This document shows, in pieces, positions 13,735 through 27,506 of a DNA stretch of 64,000 nucleotides. Each line of letters starts with the position of its first letter. Positions within the stretch are counted from its first letter, which is position 1. The notes under the pieces are model-generated. The model saw nothing but the letters and a program-made list of their open reading frames with translations, had not been told where the DNA came from and searched no databases. This stretch comes from Tubulanus polymorphus (lineage: Eukaryota; Animalia; Nemertea): contig NC_134026.1 in assembly GCF_964204645.1 (NCBI RefSeq), forward strand, positions 4,115,950 to 4,179,949, in the 5' to 3' direction. The position numbers and the translations under genes were made by a program.

Positions 13735-16700
13735 GATTCTTATGGTTGGGTCTCGCCCAGGTGTTCGCCGAAGGATGTGTATGAGTGAAATATGGGTACA
13801 GTTTTCGGTGTCATAATTTAGCTATTTTTGATTAAATAGTAATGCTGTTTGTAAAACAATTATTGTATATTTCTCTAGGCAGAGCATCTGCTGCTTTTGT
13901 AACATTTAATGTAGATCGAAATTCAAGGCCCTTCAAACTGGTTTATTCAGGCTTCATTATTCCAATTCATGATTAGTATCCATCGGGATATTCCATATTA
14001 TCTATGAATATTGGTTAAAACATGGACTTGAGAGTAGTGATCTCTTTACATGTAGATTTTTAGAGTTATGAAGTTGTTAATCTATAGAATGTTGGGAAGA
14101 TTATTTAGTAATTAACTGATGCAGAGGGATTGAGGCTCTTGGGTGATATTTTGGGATAAATAGTCTGTGGTTGAATTCGGTGAGACTAGAAGAAACGAGA
14201 CGGAGAAGTTAGGCGAGCCAAGTTCAGTGCGGGAAAGATATAATCGGGAATAACGGGAAATCAGATCGGGATCATTATGCGCAAAATCTAGCCGAGGGAT
14301 TGGTTCTGGATCAGATGAGTCGACGTTGGATTTGTATTACAGAGGAAGATCATAATCGGTAGATGGAATTAACACATATATTATAGGAGATAAAGGCAAA
14401 CTACTGAGTTAAGTATACTATTTCCATTCACGGATTCCCAAGAGCTAGGGTACGATAATCTACATCAAATTATCAATCATATCCAGTCACCGTATAATTA
14501 GTCGTTTCAGTTAATCGGTTCACTCTGGAGTATTCGTTTCACAGAGTGCATAGTCTGTCTACATAAAAATAAGGCATATTGCATGATGCAATACCACCAC
14601 CAGGTTGTCTGCTGACTCTATTATGATCACTCAGGTTCGGAAATTTGCGGTCAAAATGCTTAAATCTAGTAAAAAAGCGTTTGGCACTTCCCACGCGAAG
14701 GTGACATATACGCATACAGCGACGAACTATTCAATTCTTATTTTCAGTATTCAAAATCCTTTAGAAATTATGTGACATTAAAAAACTATCCGATATTTAT
14801 TTTGCGTTAGGCAAATTTTAAAAAATGTCAACTTTAAAACATGTAAACGTTGAGAAAACATTATACGAAGAATACGACACAACCCTTGTATATAAATAAA
14901 AAACAACTTATCAATGAATTTTGTTTTTAACACTATCAAATTTTCATATAGTGGATTTGATAACATTTACCCATCCTATGCAAAGATTGTACAGGCATGT
15001 GCGATTCCTATCAACGTTTACAAAGTTTGGGACGAGAAAAGCCTTGTCCAAGGTCAAGCTCAAGTTCAAGTTTATTTCACTGAAAGAAAGATACAGAAAC
15101 AGAGATTTGAAGAAAAATTACAATATAACCTAACATACACAACTAGAACACACGTATAAAAGAGTAAGATGAGACACTTCCTCTGTGGACCAAGCAACTC
15201 CTTGAGGTTGCCATCGCAAGCAGCCAGTTAGATACGTTGAAGAAGTAAAAGAAAGAAAAGGGGAAAAAACGAGAATCAAAAGTGTTACATAGTACAATAT
15301 TTAAAGGCATTAAGCTAAGAGCCATTTGAGGATGTACAAAACGACTAAAAGGGAATGGATAGATATGTTCAGGGAACACGCAGGTAGAATCTCAGTTTCA
15401 AAGTTAACAGTTCCTAAGACAGGGTTACGCGGAACTAGCCGATTACATTTAATCAATGTCCCAATAATCGTGTCGGAATGGGAATAAATAGCGATGAAAT
15501 TATTCTTATATCTGTCGCTTGTTCAGAAATAAAGTCTAAATGAAAAATGATTGTTTATCCTCACGTTTAATGGACGATATTGGAAAATATTACCAAAACA
15601 TCAGAATTCTTTTCAAAGTTTGAACGAGTTCTTATAAATCAGTGATAAAAAAAACTGATCTACAAACGTGCTAAGGGAGAAACGACCGCGACTTTCGGGT
15701 GATTTGAATATCAAGCAAATTTCTTTTGTTCGGTGGAAAGATGTCTGGGTTATTTCGGGTGTCTCGCTGATTTGACCGACCGAGGCCCTAGATCTTGCAC
15801 TAGGCCTGGCGAGCTTCCAAATTTTGGAACGGCAATTGCAACGACATAATATGAGTACATTAATATCAATTTTGGCAACGGTTTTTGAACGCCGCCAATT
15901 ATTCAAATGACGTTCATTCATGAAAGTTTATGAATGAAAAAGCGGGCAATGAATGGGTGCCACTGGTAACCGCCACGCAAATACTACACTCGGCAATCAC
16001 TTGGGCTGTGAAACGTCTTTCGATATCGTTTATAACAAAGACCCGTCAATAATTAATTTACTCCACACAAAGGGAACACTTCGATATTAAGTATACAGAA
16101 TAAATCATGGGAACGTTGCAGTAAAATCTGACCAGACATCGCCAGGTTTTCTCGAGCTGCCCGCGCTTGTATCGCGTTTTGGCACATAGCCATATGTCTA
16201 TTAGGTATATTGTAAGCACATAATAATATTTGGGTGGATTTCCATTCAGAAGAATGAACAAAAGATTCTAAAATTTACATAAACGTCTGAAAGACTATTC
16301 TGTGTCAATGCTAGGCAGGTCTGGGACGCTAGATTTTACACCATCTTAAAAAATACCCTACGCAAAACATTTCTCGAAATGTAGACCAGTTTGCAGTCAC
16401 CAAGTCCGAAAACGCCACCGACAACAACACTCTGAAATAAGATAGTATTTTGAAAAGTTTCGAACGTAATCAAAGAGATTCACGGTTGATCGATCAATGG
16501 CTTCTTACGCGTTCCCTAATGTGTTTCGTTAGTGACGTCGTTAGCACCAACCACATTTGTCTGCTGCCATTTCGAAACAGATTTTTCATCGACTTCGACA
16601 ACAGCTTACTTCATACGTGGGAAGAATAATCCCTCGATCTAATGCCATCTTATCTTTCAACTGTCTGTAAATTGGACAGCTCATCATTTTCTTAATATAC

Positions 16701-19700
16701 CAGAGGTCGGACTACATATGCGGCCTGATGGATGCAATCCTCCAAATCTTCACCGGAACACGAAAGGTTTCTCTTGATAACATAAACTTGAGCATTTCCA
16801 CGGGCACCTTTTACCATGGACGTAGAAACTGGAGTTTGATATGATCTAGGCCGAAGGGGTATAATATGAGGCTCTCTGTAATATTCGCATTGCTCGTCGA
16901 GGTTTGTTGCCCCTAAATCCTCGAATTTAGACTTCGCTTAAGTCTAGCTTCCGTAAAATTGGGGATTCGTGTGACTGGCCACAGACTGTACAGAGCAATG
17001 AAAATGTACAAAAATATACACAGAATATAATCAAAGAATTGATAAGTTTTTGTTTGCCGTCGGAAAATAAGACCGTTTATAAGTTACGTCCAGAACTGAA
17101 CGTAACCACTAAACTCGTAGTTTAGACATCCTGAAAAAGTTTCCTTGTTTTTCCTCATAATTTTTGAAATGATAACTTTCATTTGCTTTATACTATCGAG
17201 TAGAGATTTTCTACGGAATTCCCATTTTAATTGAAATAACAGTAGCTTGTTTCTTCTCGACTACGAAACATATTCGACCATTCCGACGATACCCTTGAAA
17301 ATTAACAGAGAGCCATTTGCCTGTTGATCTATTATGTTACGTAAGTAACAAGTTATTGATATGTATTCACAACGTAAATGCAAGGAATGTGTACTTGATG
17401 TATTGAAAATAAACTCGGGTGCAATAATTTTTCTACACGCGCATTGGATGCTCATCAAATCTGCGGAATATCTATATTCACTACTGTCAGTCAATGAATA
17501 AAATTAGTGACCAGAAGTCATCATGTCACAGCGCAAGAATGCATAGTTAGTTCATCACCAATAGAACTGTCGTGTCGAATGTTTATCGATCAGATGCACA
17601 TGGACGGGAGTTGTTTTTCATACGAAATTTTTACAGAATTGATGCATCAAAATTAAACGAAGGACTGATTTTAAGCAACAGTAACTTATCCACGAAAGCA
17701 GGCCATAGAAAAGAGTTGTTGTGCCCATGGATAGCATTACGAAAGACGCTGAGAAAACCCTCGAAATTCTAGATGGATTTGGAGTCCAGGGGTCCATTTC
17801 ATGTCAATAACTTAAACTAAAACCTATAACAACTGAAAGTTCCATTAGTTATAACGCAATACTAATGAAGCTTGGATGACCAAGCCATAAATATCCAGAC
17901 GTCCGCCAGACATTCTGAACGAAATCATGCAATCAATATCATAGTCATTTTTCGAAAGTTTGTTTCCGTGATGCACTATGTACGAACAGTGCTGATATAA
18001 ACAAAAAATCAAATGAAGAATAGCATTTTCTCCCATAATATTTCTTTGATGCCTGGATCCGATATCACGAAACAGAATTTTCAGATTAAAAAACTGCCAC
18101 CAAAACATTCTAGCATCGAGTTTTTAACAGAACCGTTTAAAAATGTGTCAAGCCCCGCCCGCGATGTTCTCACGTTTGTGGGTCAACTGGTCGCACTCGA
18201 GACGAGTAGCTATTGAACCAGATACCAAAATAGAAATTCGATTTAAAGATAGCTTGATGTAGAAATTTTTAAGTCAATCAAACACCGCCACAATGTTCAA
18301 TACAAAGCCAGGTCGCATTTGCATAAGTACATAAACACACCAAGAACTCACAGAAACCGCTATTGTTATTGCGGTTCTTTTTGAAAAATTTCATATCTTC
18401 ACGTTTCAAAAGTTGACCCTAAAACTCGGCCACCCCCGCTTTTATATCCGATAAAAGGTAACCGGGTTTGACTGATTCGTTCAAACCTGCGGTTTCAGGT
18501 GAACTGTCGTTCAATGTTCGACGTTAAGTACAATAGATACATTCAGTATCTTAACAATTTCTGCATCGACATTGAGTGATTTTACATAAAAGTCTCTAAG
18601 AACGAAATTTATAGAATTTGATTTTCAAAATATTTTTGAAAAGTGCTTTTAGATAATTCAAGCCTTATTCATGTTTTTATTTTGCCTGGTTCTTAATTTA
18701 CATTCTATATACTGATAGATAATTTTTCTATCCATATTGACAACGATAATCTTATTTTTCGTCAGCTTATATACTTTTTGTAGGTTTTTAGCGGGATATT
18801 CTTTTTGACGTATCTGTATTTTGTATCTGTATCCACTGATAGCGTAATGGACTGAAAATCACAAAAATTCACATAAGGGGCTTTTGCCTATAGGATGTTA
18901 TATGGTTTATCTTCACATTTCAAATCGATTAAATATAGTTTAGGTTTATGAGATGCGTTATGTGTTAGTAAGGTTCTCAACGGCGCAAATTTGTAAACAC
19001 AACAACGTCATCACGCGAAAAAGCAAAACGTAAACAGTACTCATAAACATACACCGCACCTCGACGGTATTGCGTCAGAAATCTCCAAACTTCATCGAAT
19101 TTTATATAAACACACTTTCTTTGAAATTCGCGTACAATGCGCCCTTACAGTCTGGGTCTAGAGCGCCCGTTAACCTTTCCCGTTTGGCCCCGGTCCAAAT
19201 ACGGCAGAGAACGTCACGGGATGTTTAGTTTGTGTATTTGAATTGCGGGTGTGTTCGTCACAATGCCATCCCATTGGTTCTCGTGTGACCCTGTGACATC
19301 AGTGTATTTCATTTCCAAACATTGAGAGAGAATGTCAACAACGCCTAATTCACAGCAATCGAAAACGACTCACGTGGTGTTTTACAATTTGCGATAAAAA
19401 GGCTACGAACAAAAGAAGCAGGAACAACATATCATATCTGGAAAGATGCCATGTTATTGAATGATTTGAAATATCAGATTAACGCGCAGACACGAACTGG
19501 CTAATATCTTGGCGCGATGCCAATCGCCATCAATCAGATTCTCCATTACGTCGACTTATCCCACATTTTGAAAAGATGGTGTGCCCGCCAGAGAACCGAC
19601 ACTAAAAAACCCGCCGACAGCGATCCATTCATTTTTAATTTCCCGCTAAAAGTAACTTATTTCATGACGTGAATGGGGAACCTTACTGTTGTTCAGGCGT

Positions 19701-19873
19701 TGAATAATCAATACAATGATATATTATTCTTTTTAATCGTCTAGGCGCGTATATTCATATAATTGATTGATATTTCTCCGTATCGTTTTTTACGAAAAGA
19801 ACCCTTTGACATTTTGTAAACGTTTTTATTTTGGTGTATTCAATGAGTTACTACGTTGTTGACATTCGCACGC

Positions 19874-19954
19874 CCAATTACTATCAGCCAATAGGTGATC
19901 CGCGCGTAAACCCCATATAAAGGCAATCGGCAGCTCGCTTGTCTAATCACAGTT
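19874..19954 (+). promoter_or_regulatory. Core promoter of the pacifastin-like gene
   Basis: CCAAT at 19874 and 19888, TATAAA at 19916-19921, and an initiator-like CAGTT about 30 bp downstream, ahead of the ATG at 20136. Confidence 0.55.
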
Positions 19955-20135
19955 CAAGACACGTTCATTCAGAGAAGACATAAACGCTGATAGAAACGAA
20001 GATTGTTAAACGCTTATATACTACTACAACGGGAAAAGAGATCGAAACTCGAGAAAAACAGTTCAAACGTTTCATCGCAGAAGATCGTAAACGATTTCGA
20101 CTCATCAACTCGAGACGGAGAAGTGAAAATCAAAG

Positions 20136-21314
20136 ATGCAGCTGATGATTGGAGCCATCGTGTTTGTCGGGGCAATTTTCGCTGCTAACGGGGCAGCAGT
20201 CGGCAGCGATATCGTCAAAAGTCGCCAGAAACGATCGCATATGAAGTACAACACCAATCTACCGCCAGTCGACCAAGCCCAGAACATGATACCGTGCGCC
20301 GAACACATGACCGAAGAAATCTGGTACGAGGGATGTCAGACGTGCGGATGCACGACCGAAAAGCTGATGGTTTGTACGCTGAGAGACTGCATACCGATGC
20401 AAAAGCGACGCCGAAGAAACGTCATGATGGACAGCGTTCGTTCGCTGCGACCACGCAATAACGAAGACACAGCCGGCGTGAGAATTCGCGTCCCGTACTC
20501 GCACTGTCACGGACACCTGCAAGAAGAAGTGTACCATATAGGATGCAACATCTGCAAATGCGACGTCGGAGGCATCGAATATTGCCAGATGAAGAAATGC
20601 CCGAGATTTCACCGCGGTATGAACGAAGTGTACGACGAAAACTACGCGAGGGTTAGCGAAAGTGCCTGCGATGAAGTTTCGCTCGGTAAGTTCTCTATAC
20701 GTTTGAATGTAAAATATGAATGCACAAACATGTAAAATTATCGTCAGATAACCTTAAGAGCTTGAAGATATTTTGAAAACTTGGTATTATTAGCATTTAC
20801 ATGTAAATACCGAATAACTATCGATCAGGTCATTATCTAGTTTGGATAGAATGTTCATATCGTTTTATTGGCCTTAACGTGTAGTTGATAAATTTTTACT
20901 TAGTATCCCGCCGTTCATTTCTACCTCAAATTCATACAAGCTTTCATCACCGTAAATATTGCCTTAAATGGCATGCTAATAGTATATCTCTTTGAAAACG
21001 ATGTTTCCGGTTTTTACAATAAGATGTTGCACGAATGAAAAGAATGACCAATGTACCTTAAGGTTATTATTGCCACGAATGATAATATCATTGATCATTT
21101 GTGTAATAAAATCAAGTCTTCTTTTGCCGATAGAAATAAACGGCATTTTCTATTATTCAAAGTGCAGCTATTCGAGCGCTCATGGAAATTGCCTTTTTAA
21201 TATTTTCCAGGTAAACACATCTCGGATGGCTGCCATCTATGTAAATGCACCAGTTACGGGCTGGTATGCACTCGCAACTGGTGTCCAACTATTGAGATCG
21301 ACTACAAAAGATAG
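20136..21314 (+). CDS. Pacifastin-like serine protease inhibitor precursor, three inhibitor domains (217 aa)
   Basis: Exons 20136-20685 (G|GTAAGT) and 21211-21314 (TTTTCCAG|) join in phase 1. The protein has a signal peptide, RQKR and KRRRR convertase sites, and three six-Cys repeats C-x12-C-x2-C-x-C-x6/7-C-x4-C ending CTLRDC, CQMKKC and CTRNWC. Confidence 0.85.
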
Positions 21315-23238
21315 ACTATTCGTTCGGACAGCGCTTGGATCAATCTACATGCTGCCAAACGCCACTTACCTGCCTAGTCTGAACGTGATGCACGACCAAT
21401 GCAAAAAAAACTATGAATATAGATTAGTAGAGACGCTTGCGGTCAAATCGCTCCGATATTAAAACTATCCGCATTTACTTAGGCAACCGCGTATCGGTCT
21501 CAATTCGATGAAAACATTTTGGCGCATTCTCGCAATAATATCGCCGAGGTATTTTCGTGATTCGTTGAAATGTTCTTGTTCAGTAGACGAGTGGTAAAAA
21601 TATTTTTATTATTATATAGTTTATCAAAATAACATATATATGTCAGATATATGTCTATTCGTGATCCAGTAATATCGTGGATATTTACATTACGATACTT
21701 CAGGCCAATACCGCCAATAGTTTCCTAATGTAAATTGAAAGAAAAATCAATGCAAATCATTTTCTTCCATTTTGTACAAATTTCCATTCTCTTCATCTCT
21801 CTTTCTTCGTTTTATTCTGTAAAAAGGTGTATATACTATTTACAACTACATGTAGTATTTTCGAGTTCTACATGATTATGTACAGCATAGTTTAGGTTTA
21901 CGGAACCGCTGCAATACGTAGTTCGCGACATTCATCGCCGAGTTGTATCGGCTTCTTGCTTTACAAGCTTTAGCTAACAAACTCTACCAGCAGACGAACG
22001 AAAGTTCATGTAATCATGTTTAAAAAACGAAATCATGACCAACAAAAATTATTTCTTCGGACATTCTAAAACGGTTCTATTTATGGCCACACATTCCAAG
22101 TCTGGCATATCAATACGAATATGATAACCGACCGAGTTGATAGATAAATTACATCAGGTGACTTCGTGGCTTGATTTTGACTTCGGGTCGACGTCGACCT
22201 AATCAGAGAAAATGTGGATCATTCGCAGAATGTCCGAAGATGAGGTCGAAATCTAACTCGAAACTTTCCAATTCATCGACGATCTAATAACGATAGTGAA
22301 TTAAATTATTCCGATGCAGGTCTCATGTTATTTATTTTTGTACGGTCAAAGAAAGCTTGATTATTTGTTTAACATTATTTGTTAACTAAAAGTCGATGCT
22401 GTAAGATTTAACTTTTTTGTATCCAGTAAACTTATAAGTGAATAAAACATTAAATGTTTTACATTCCTGTTCGGCGTCTTTTTATTTCATTCAGGCGCAA
22501 CTAGACAACGACACGAGCGAGGAAGTTGTTTTAGAGCGAGGAAATGGTTGTAGGCTACAAGAAAAATGGAACGATTCACGCAGTTTCGAAGGAAAACATC
22601 AAGCTCCAGCGAATGTATCGTCCTTATTTAATGATTTCACACTTCGGAGATGGAAAATTGTCTTTTCTTCAAAATCAATTTCATGCCTTCTATAAAATCT
22701 TTGGTGAACTGGTAATACGTCCGCTCAGAGATATTGTCAGATATATAACGAACAATCCCTGCATTGCCAGAGCGCATAAGTGAAAACCGTGACGTGAATA
22801 TTATCATTTTGTTTTTCTAAATTCAAATTATCACCGTCAGTGTCAGCCGAGTGTGAATATTCTAAAGTCAGTGTAAAGAATCTCCGGAAAGAAGCGTCTG
22901 ATATGAGTGAGTGTGTGTGACGTGACAATGACTTCGGTCATCAGTGACAAGTAAACTGCTGATAACCGACGTGTGTCCTCATATCAATTACGAACGTCCT
23001 ACATAGTTCTAAGTGCTTTTTGCTAAAACCAGTACTTCGAGACCTCTCATATATAACACTCAAAGAATACATCGACCTCTGAGTGGGTGACATTCTCCCA
23101 AGATCAAAATGATTCTTACGAAAAAATGCATCAATTACATTTGTCCATTCGTTGTCCGCTGAATTAATTTCCTTCAAATGTGACTGTTTAAGGCGGCATA
23201 GGATTGCGATATTCTAAATGACCAAAATAATCTTATAC

Positions 23239-23363
<125 letters not shown>

Positions 23364-24611
23364 TGTAGTTATGATTTAACAGGACATCCTGGTGCACTTG
23401 AAAATCCTTAAAATAATAACCCGACTTATTATGGACAATTTCCATAGGTAATTTTATCTAATGATCAAAAGAATTTTTCATTTTTCATACATGGATCTCT
23501 AGTTCACACCGATATGATGAAAGCCACATCAATAGAAAAAACCAGGTTATTCGCGTGTAAAAATATCGCGCCTAATTATTATACGAATGTCAATTTGACA
23601 GTATACTCGAGAATCGATATTGTTCTGCCATATACGTATATACAACATGTACATATATAGAATCAAATCTGAACATGATCAACAACGATAAGATAACCCA
23701 TAAACTTATGTAAACCCACTTCGCAGAAAATCTGCTTATAATTCCAGCCGCGAGTCTATAAAAAGAATTATTTTTTCGATATCTCAATCTAAACAACCGG
23801 TCATTTCAATACTGCTGTTAACCCTCAGTATTCGATTGAGACTTTTACATGAACTACAAGCACCACTAAACTTTAAGTGGGAATTTGAGATGGCATAGCA
23901 TTTTTGCCTTTGGCTTTATACACGTACATGCATACAATGTATGCAGAAAATGTGCTCAGTACATGTAGATTTAATTCCTTTATCCAGTGACTTCCAGTGC
24001 AACCGTACAACAAAAGAATTATAAGACTCCAAATTTGAAAAAAAAAACCCGAGCTGTTCATGAGCCAACGGAAATCAGTGGAAATTTGACATTATGGTAT
24101 TGCACTATCGAGCTAGTTAAACTTAATCGAGAATTGCGGAACCGGTTCCTAATCATCAAGTTCCTCAAAAATACTAGGAACACAGGTCAGTAGCGAAAGG
24201 AATATGCTGGTGGATTCGTCTTCGGGAACTGATCCGGGAACCCTACTCAGAAAAATTTGGAAAGTTTGATGCTAAGATATGGTGTCCAAGCGATTCAAAT
24301 CAATATACAAAATCTATAAAGAAATCAAATATACTGGTACATGTAAGCGATTGTGAGTGTCATCAATTTCAGCTCGATATTTTTTTCAAATCAAAAACAA
24401 GCGGACAAAATCATTTTGTGGGGGGTTTATTCAAACTTCTCAACCCCCCACACTACGGGCCTGGAATAAGATAAAATTAATTCTACTTTTTTTCAATTCG
24501 ACTTTACATTTATTATACATTGTAGAGTATTTACAAACCTCTTTATATTCATATTATATACAAAACATTTTCTACAAAATCTAAGATCATATTCTAGAAA
24601 CGAATCCAGTG

Positions 24612-26827
24612 TCAGTGTCTCATATAGTAGTCGATTGCTGTTGAAAAGATCGCAAAACCAGCAGCTCCAAGTGCAGCGGCCTTAACTCCGGCTACAAAAC
24701 AAATAAATAATACATGTACAATATATACCGGTAGCGATGTCATAATAAGATATCTGTGACAGGATATGTATCACATTTTTGCGATAAACAATATCGATAT
24801 GTCGGTGGATATTTTACATCACAAAGATCTAGATTCCTTTCGAACTAGGCCGCAGATGCGGATATTTGTGAAATACAGAACAAAATACGTAATTCGAATT
24901 CGTAATACCAACACTTATATGGGAAATTGGCACAAAAATTTACGCTTAGGCTAAACAAAAATGATACCTTGTTTCTCCGCAGCGGCCGGGTCATTTTTGT
25001 AAAATATGATAAATTTATAAACAGTTCATTTCTATAGCGGCCGGGTCTGTTATGGTGAAATTGATCACGATTTAAAAAAAAGTAATGTATAGGGTAGATA
25101 GGCGGCCGGCCGGGTCAACATTTAAGCTCAGCAGAGCGGAGAAACAAGGTATCAATTTTTTTTGGCCTTAACATCTCCAAAATTCATAAAGTATAAAAGA
25201 GTGGATAATTCCAGTGAAATATATTTTGCATATGTACCTATTTTATAGAAAGGGTCCTATATGCTATGGGTGGATATACAGTGGACTCCTCCCACCTAAC
25301 TTGAGATTTATGTTCGAGTTATTCTACTCCATAAACTAGATGTTATACGGTAGACTTCCCTCAAGTCAGATTTTTTGTGACCGTAAAAATGTGTCCGAGT
25401 GATATCTGAGTTCGATGTTATGTGTATCATTTAATGTGTCGCAAAAAATATCGCAAAAAAATATTGAACGGTATTCGAGTTGGACGGAATCCGAGTTTAT
25501 CGGATCCGACTCGGGCGGAGTCTACTTTCTATGCATAATGATTCAAGTATAGAGACCTCAATTGGTGCGACGAGTACAATCAAATCATACTGTACTAACC
25601 TCTTAAGCCGATTACTCCTCCGACAATTGCACCAGACATCGTGCCATTAATGAGTTCAGATTTACCGCGGTACTAAAAGTAACAAACACAAACACAATCA
25701 GGAAATGAAGTAGTTATGAAAATAACACAGATGACACAGTCAAAATGATCATAAATTATCCAGATATTCATGAAATCACAGAAAACAACCGAATGACTGT
25801 AAATTGTCTGCATATCAACATACCGATTCAACCACGCATTCTGTCCCGGCAAACATAGCACCGACAATAGCGAAATTCTTGGCATAGGATTTTGACCTTT
25901 CGCCCATCTCTTTCAGTACAGCTCGAGCTGTCGGCGTTTTTTCAGTTGTTATGTTTGGATCAACTCCAGCAGTGAATAAACCGAAAGCAGCTCCTAGAGC
26001 ACCGCCTAGATGAAGAGAAAGCGTAGAAAGCTATCAAAGAAAGCTTCCTTATTTCTTTTGATTGCAAATTTTCGAATGCGAAGTTATCTGGTTCTAGCTA
26101 CCGGTACCAATGCAATATCATAGGTGTTCATTTTCAAGTCCTTGTGTAAGCCATGATTCTTATGAACCCCCTCCCCACACACACACACACACACATACAC
26201 AAACCGCCCAAGATTTGATTGAGCTTATTAGAACCATAGGCCTAGCTAGTTAGAGAAGATAAGATTGGCCCCCTGAGCACACACGGGCTCGTCACGATAG
26301 CTGGGTCCAAAATGAACGGTTAGTTCCAGCATTCTAGGTACCACCCATAAGCATTTACCTGGTTCCAACCCATCAGTGTTGGTATAATTTCAATAGGTAG
26401 TACCTAGGAATAGGATACTGGGTAAAATCCTTCAATTTGATATAGGACCCCCAGCTATCGTGCCGAGCCCCTATGCCTGACTGAGACCTTTATGCCATAA
26501 TGGAAATTAATTAATAATCACGATGAATATGCTTTAACACGTATCATTGTAAAAATATGAAAAACAGGCATCTCCTTGCTACTATTACCCACCCAAAACA
26601 CAGCTCATAACTGTTCGAAAAGTACAACTTTCCATTGCTCCAGCGATAATTAATTCTTCTCTGGATTTAGGCGCTTGCGGGATTCCGATCGACGGCAATA
26701 GGACATTATTTTTGCGTCTCCCGTCACCGATCAATCGTCGCATAACTGGGTAAAAGTCTGCCTCGCTGAGAACAGCTTCATTATTGCGAGTATCTGGGCC
26801 ATTCCGAACATCTATGGGCAGCGCCAT
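24612..26827 (-). CDS. TIMM22: Mitochondrial import inner membrane translocase subunit Tim22 (189 aa)
   Basis: Four GT-AG exons with consistent phases: 26827-26593, 26005-25824, 25672-25600, 24691-24612. The product reads ...[32 protein letters not shown]...[72 protein letters not shown], matching Tim22 throughout. Confidence 0.96.
24949..25167. mobile_element. MITE (possibly Kolobok-like), copy 1, in TIM22 intron 3
   Basis: TIRs GGCTAAACAAAAATGATACCTTGTTTCTCCG / CGGAGAAACAAGGTATCAATTTTTTTTGGCC, flanked by CTTA/TTAA. Three internal (G)CGGCCGGGTC motifs. A homologous copy lies at 35240-35423. Confidence 0.75.
25279..25527. mobile_element. Degenerate Tc1/mariner (pogo/Tigger-like) MITE
   Basis: TA|CAGTGGACTCC at the left end and GGAGTCTACT at the right end, with internal (C)GAGTT repeats. 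Confidence 0.45.
26285..26470. mobile_element. MITE-like inverted-repeat element in TIM22 intron 1
   Basis: GGGCTCGTCACGATAGCTGGGTCC and GGACCCCCAGCTATCGTGCCGAGCCC are near-perfect inverted repeats. Confidence 0.6.
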
Positions 26828-27506
26828 GTTCGTATTTTGCCGACCGAGATGGCAGCACCACACAACTCACGCTTATAAGTCTTGACTTTTCCGGATTCGA
26901 ACTCCGGAGAAACCATCTGGAGCCGCAATTCACGCGTGAACTGGGAACCCGCAAAGATTATTGAACGCTGAGATTCAAATTTAACTTGATTCAAAAACAT
27001 TCCATTTGCGCCGGAATATAGATTATAAATATGTTAAATTGAATTGAATTGATTGGTTCGAGAATGAATGATTTTCCGACGACATGGTACATATTGTTTT
27101 ACTTCCAAAAATATCAAAAAAATTGCAAAAAATGTTGTTTTAAGTCAGGTTTCTCTTCATTTCGACGGTTCAAATCAACTTTTCCGGTTAGTCTCGTTTA
27201 ATTTGATGAACGAAGCATTTCTTAAGAGTTCTACGGCGTCGATAATTTTCCGAGCTTTGCTTTAGTAGTAAATGTACGAATGTTATCACCGACCAAATTC
27301 AATTTTATTGACACTTGATGGATTGTCCTCGGTACCACACCTGTGCCAAGGATACCGTATCGAATTTTTTGATTTTGGACCACCAACTATCGTGGTTTGC
27401 GATCTCACTCGCTAGCAGAGGAGGCATGGCATCTAGCTTTACATAAAGTCAAAGACCACGTTATGCAGAGAGTTCTGCCACAATTTTTACAAATAATGTT
27501 GCTGTT

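Noticed and set aside
13740-14480. Possible decayed retroelement body next to the hammerhead palindrome
   Set aside because: The composition is suggestive, but I could not read any RT or endonuclease motif in any frame.
20992-21462. 156-aa ORF downstream of pacifastin exon 1
   Set aside because: It overlaps the true pacifastin exon 2 (21211-21314) in a different frame; only the spliced frame gives the Cys pattern.
22234-22254. CCGAAGATGAGGTCGAAATCT as another hammerhead core
   Set aside because: No stem II, a mutated core and no ACGT stem III; compatible with chance.
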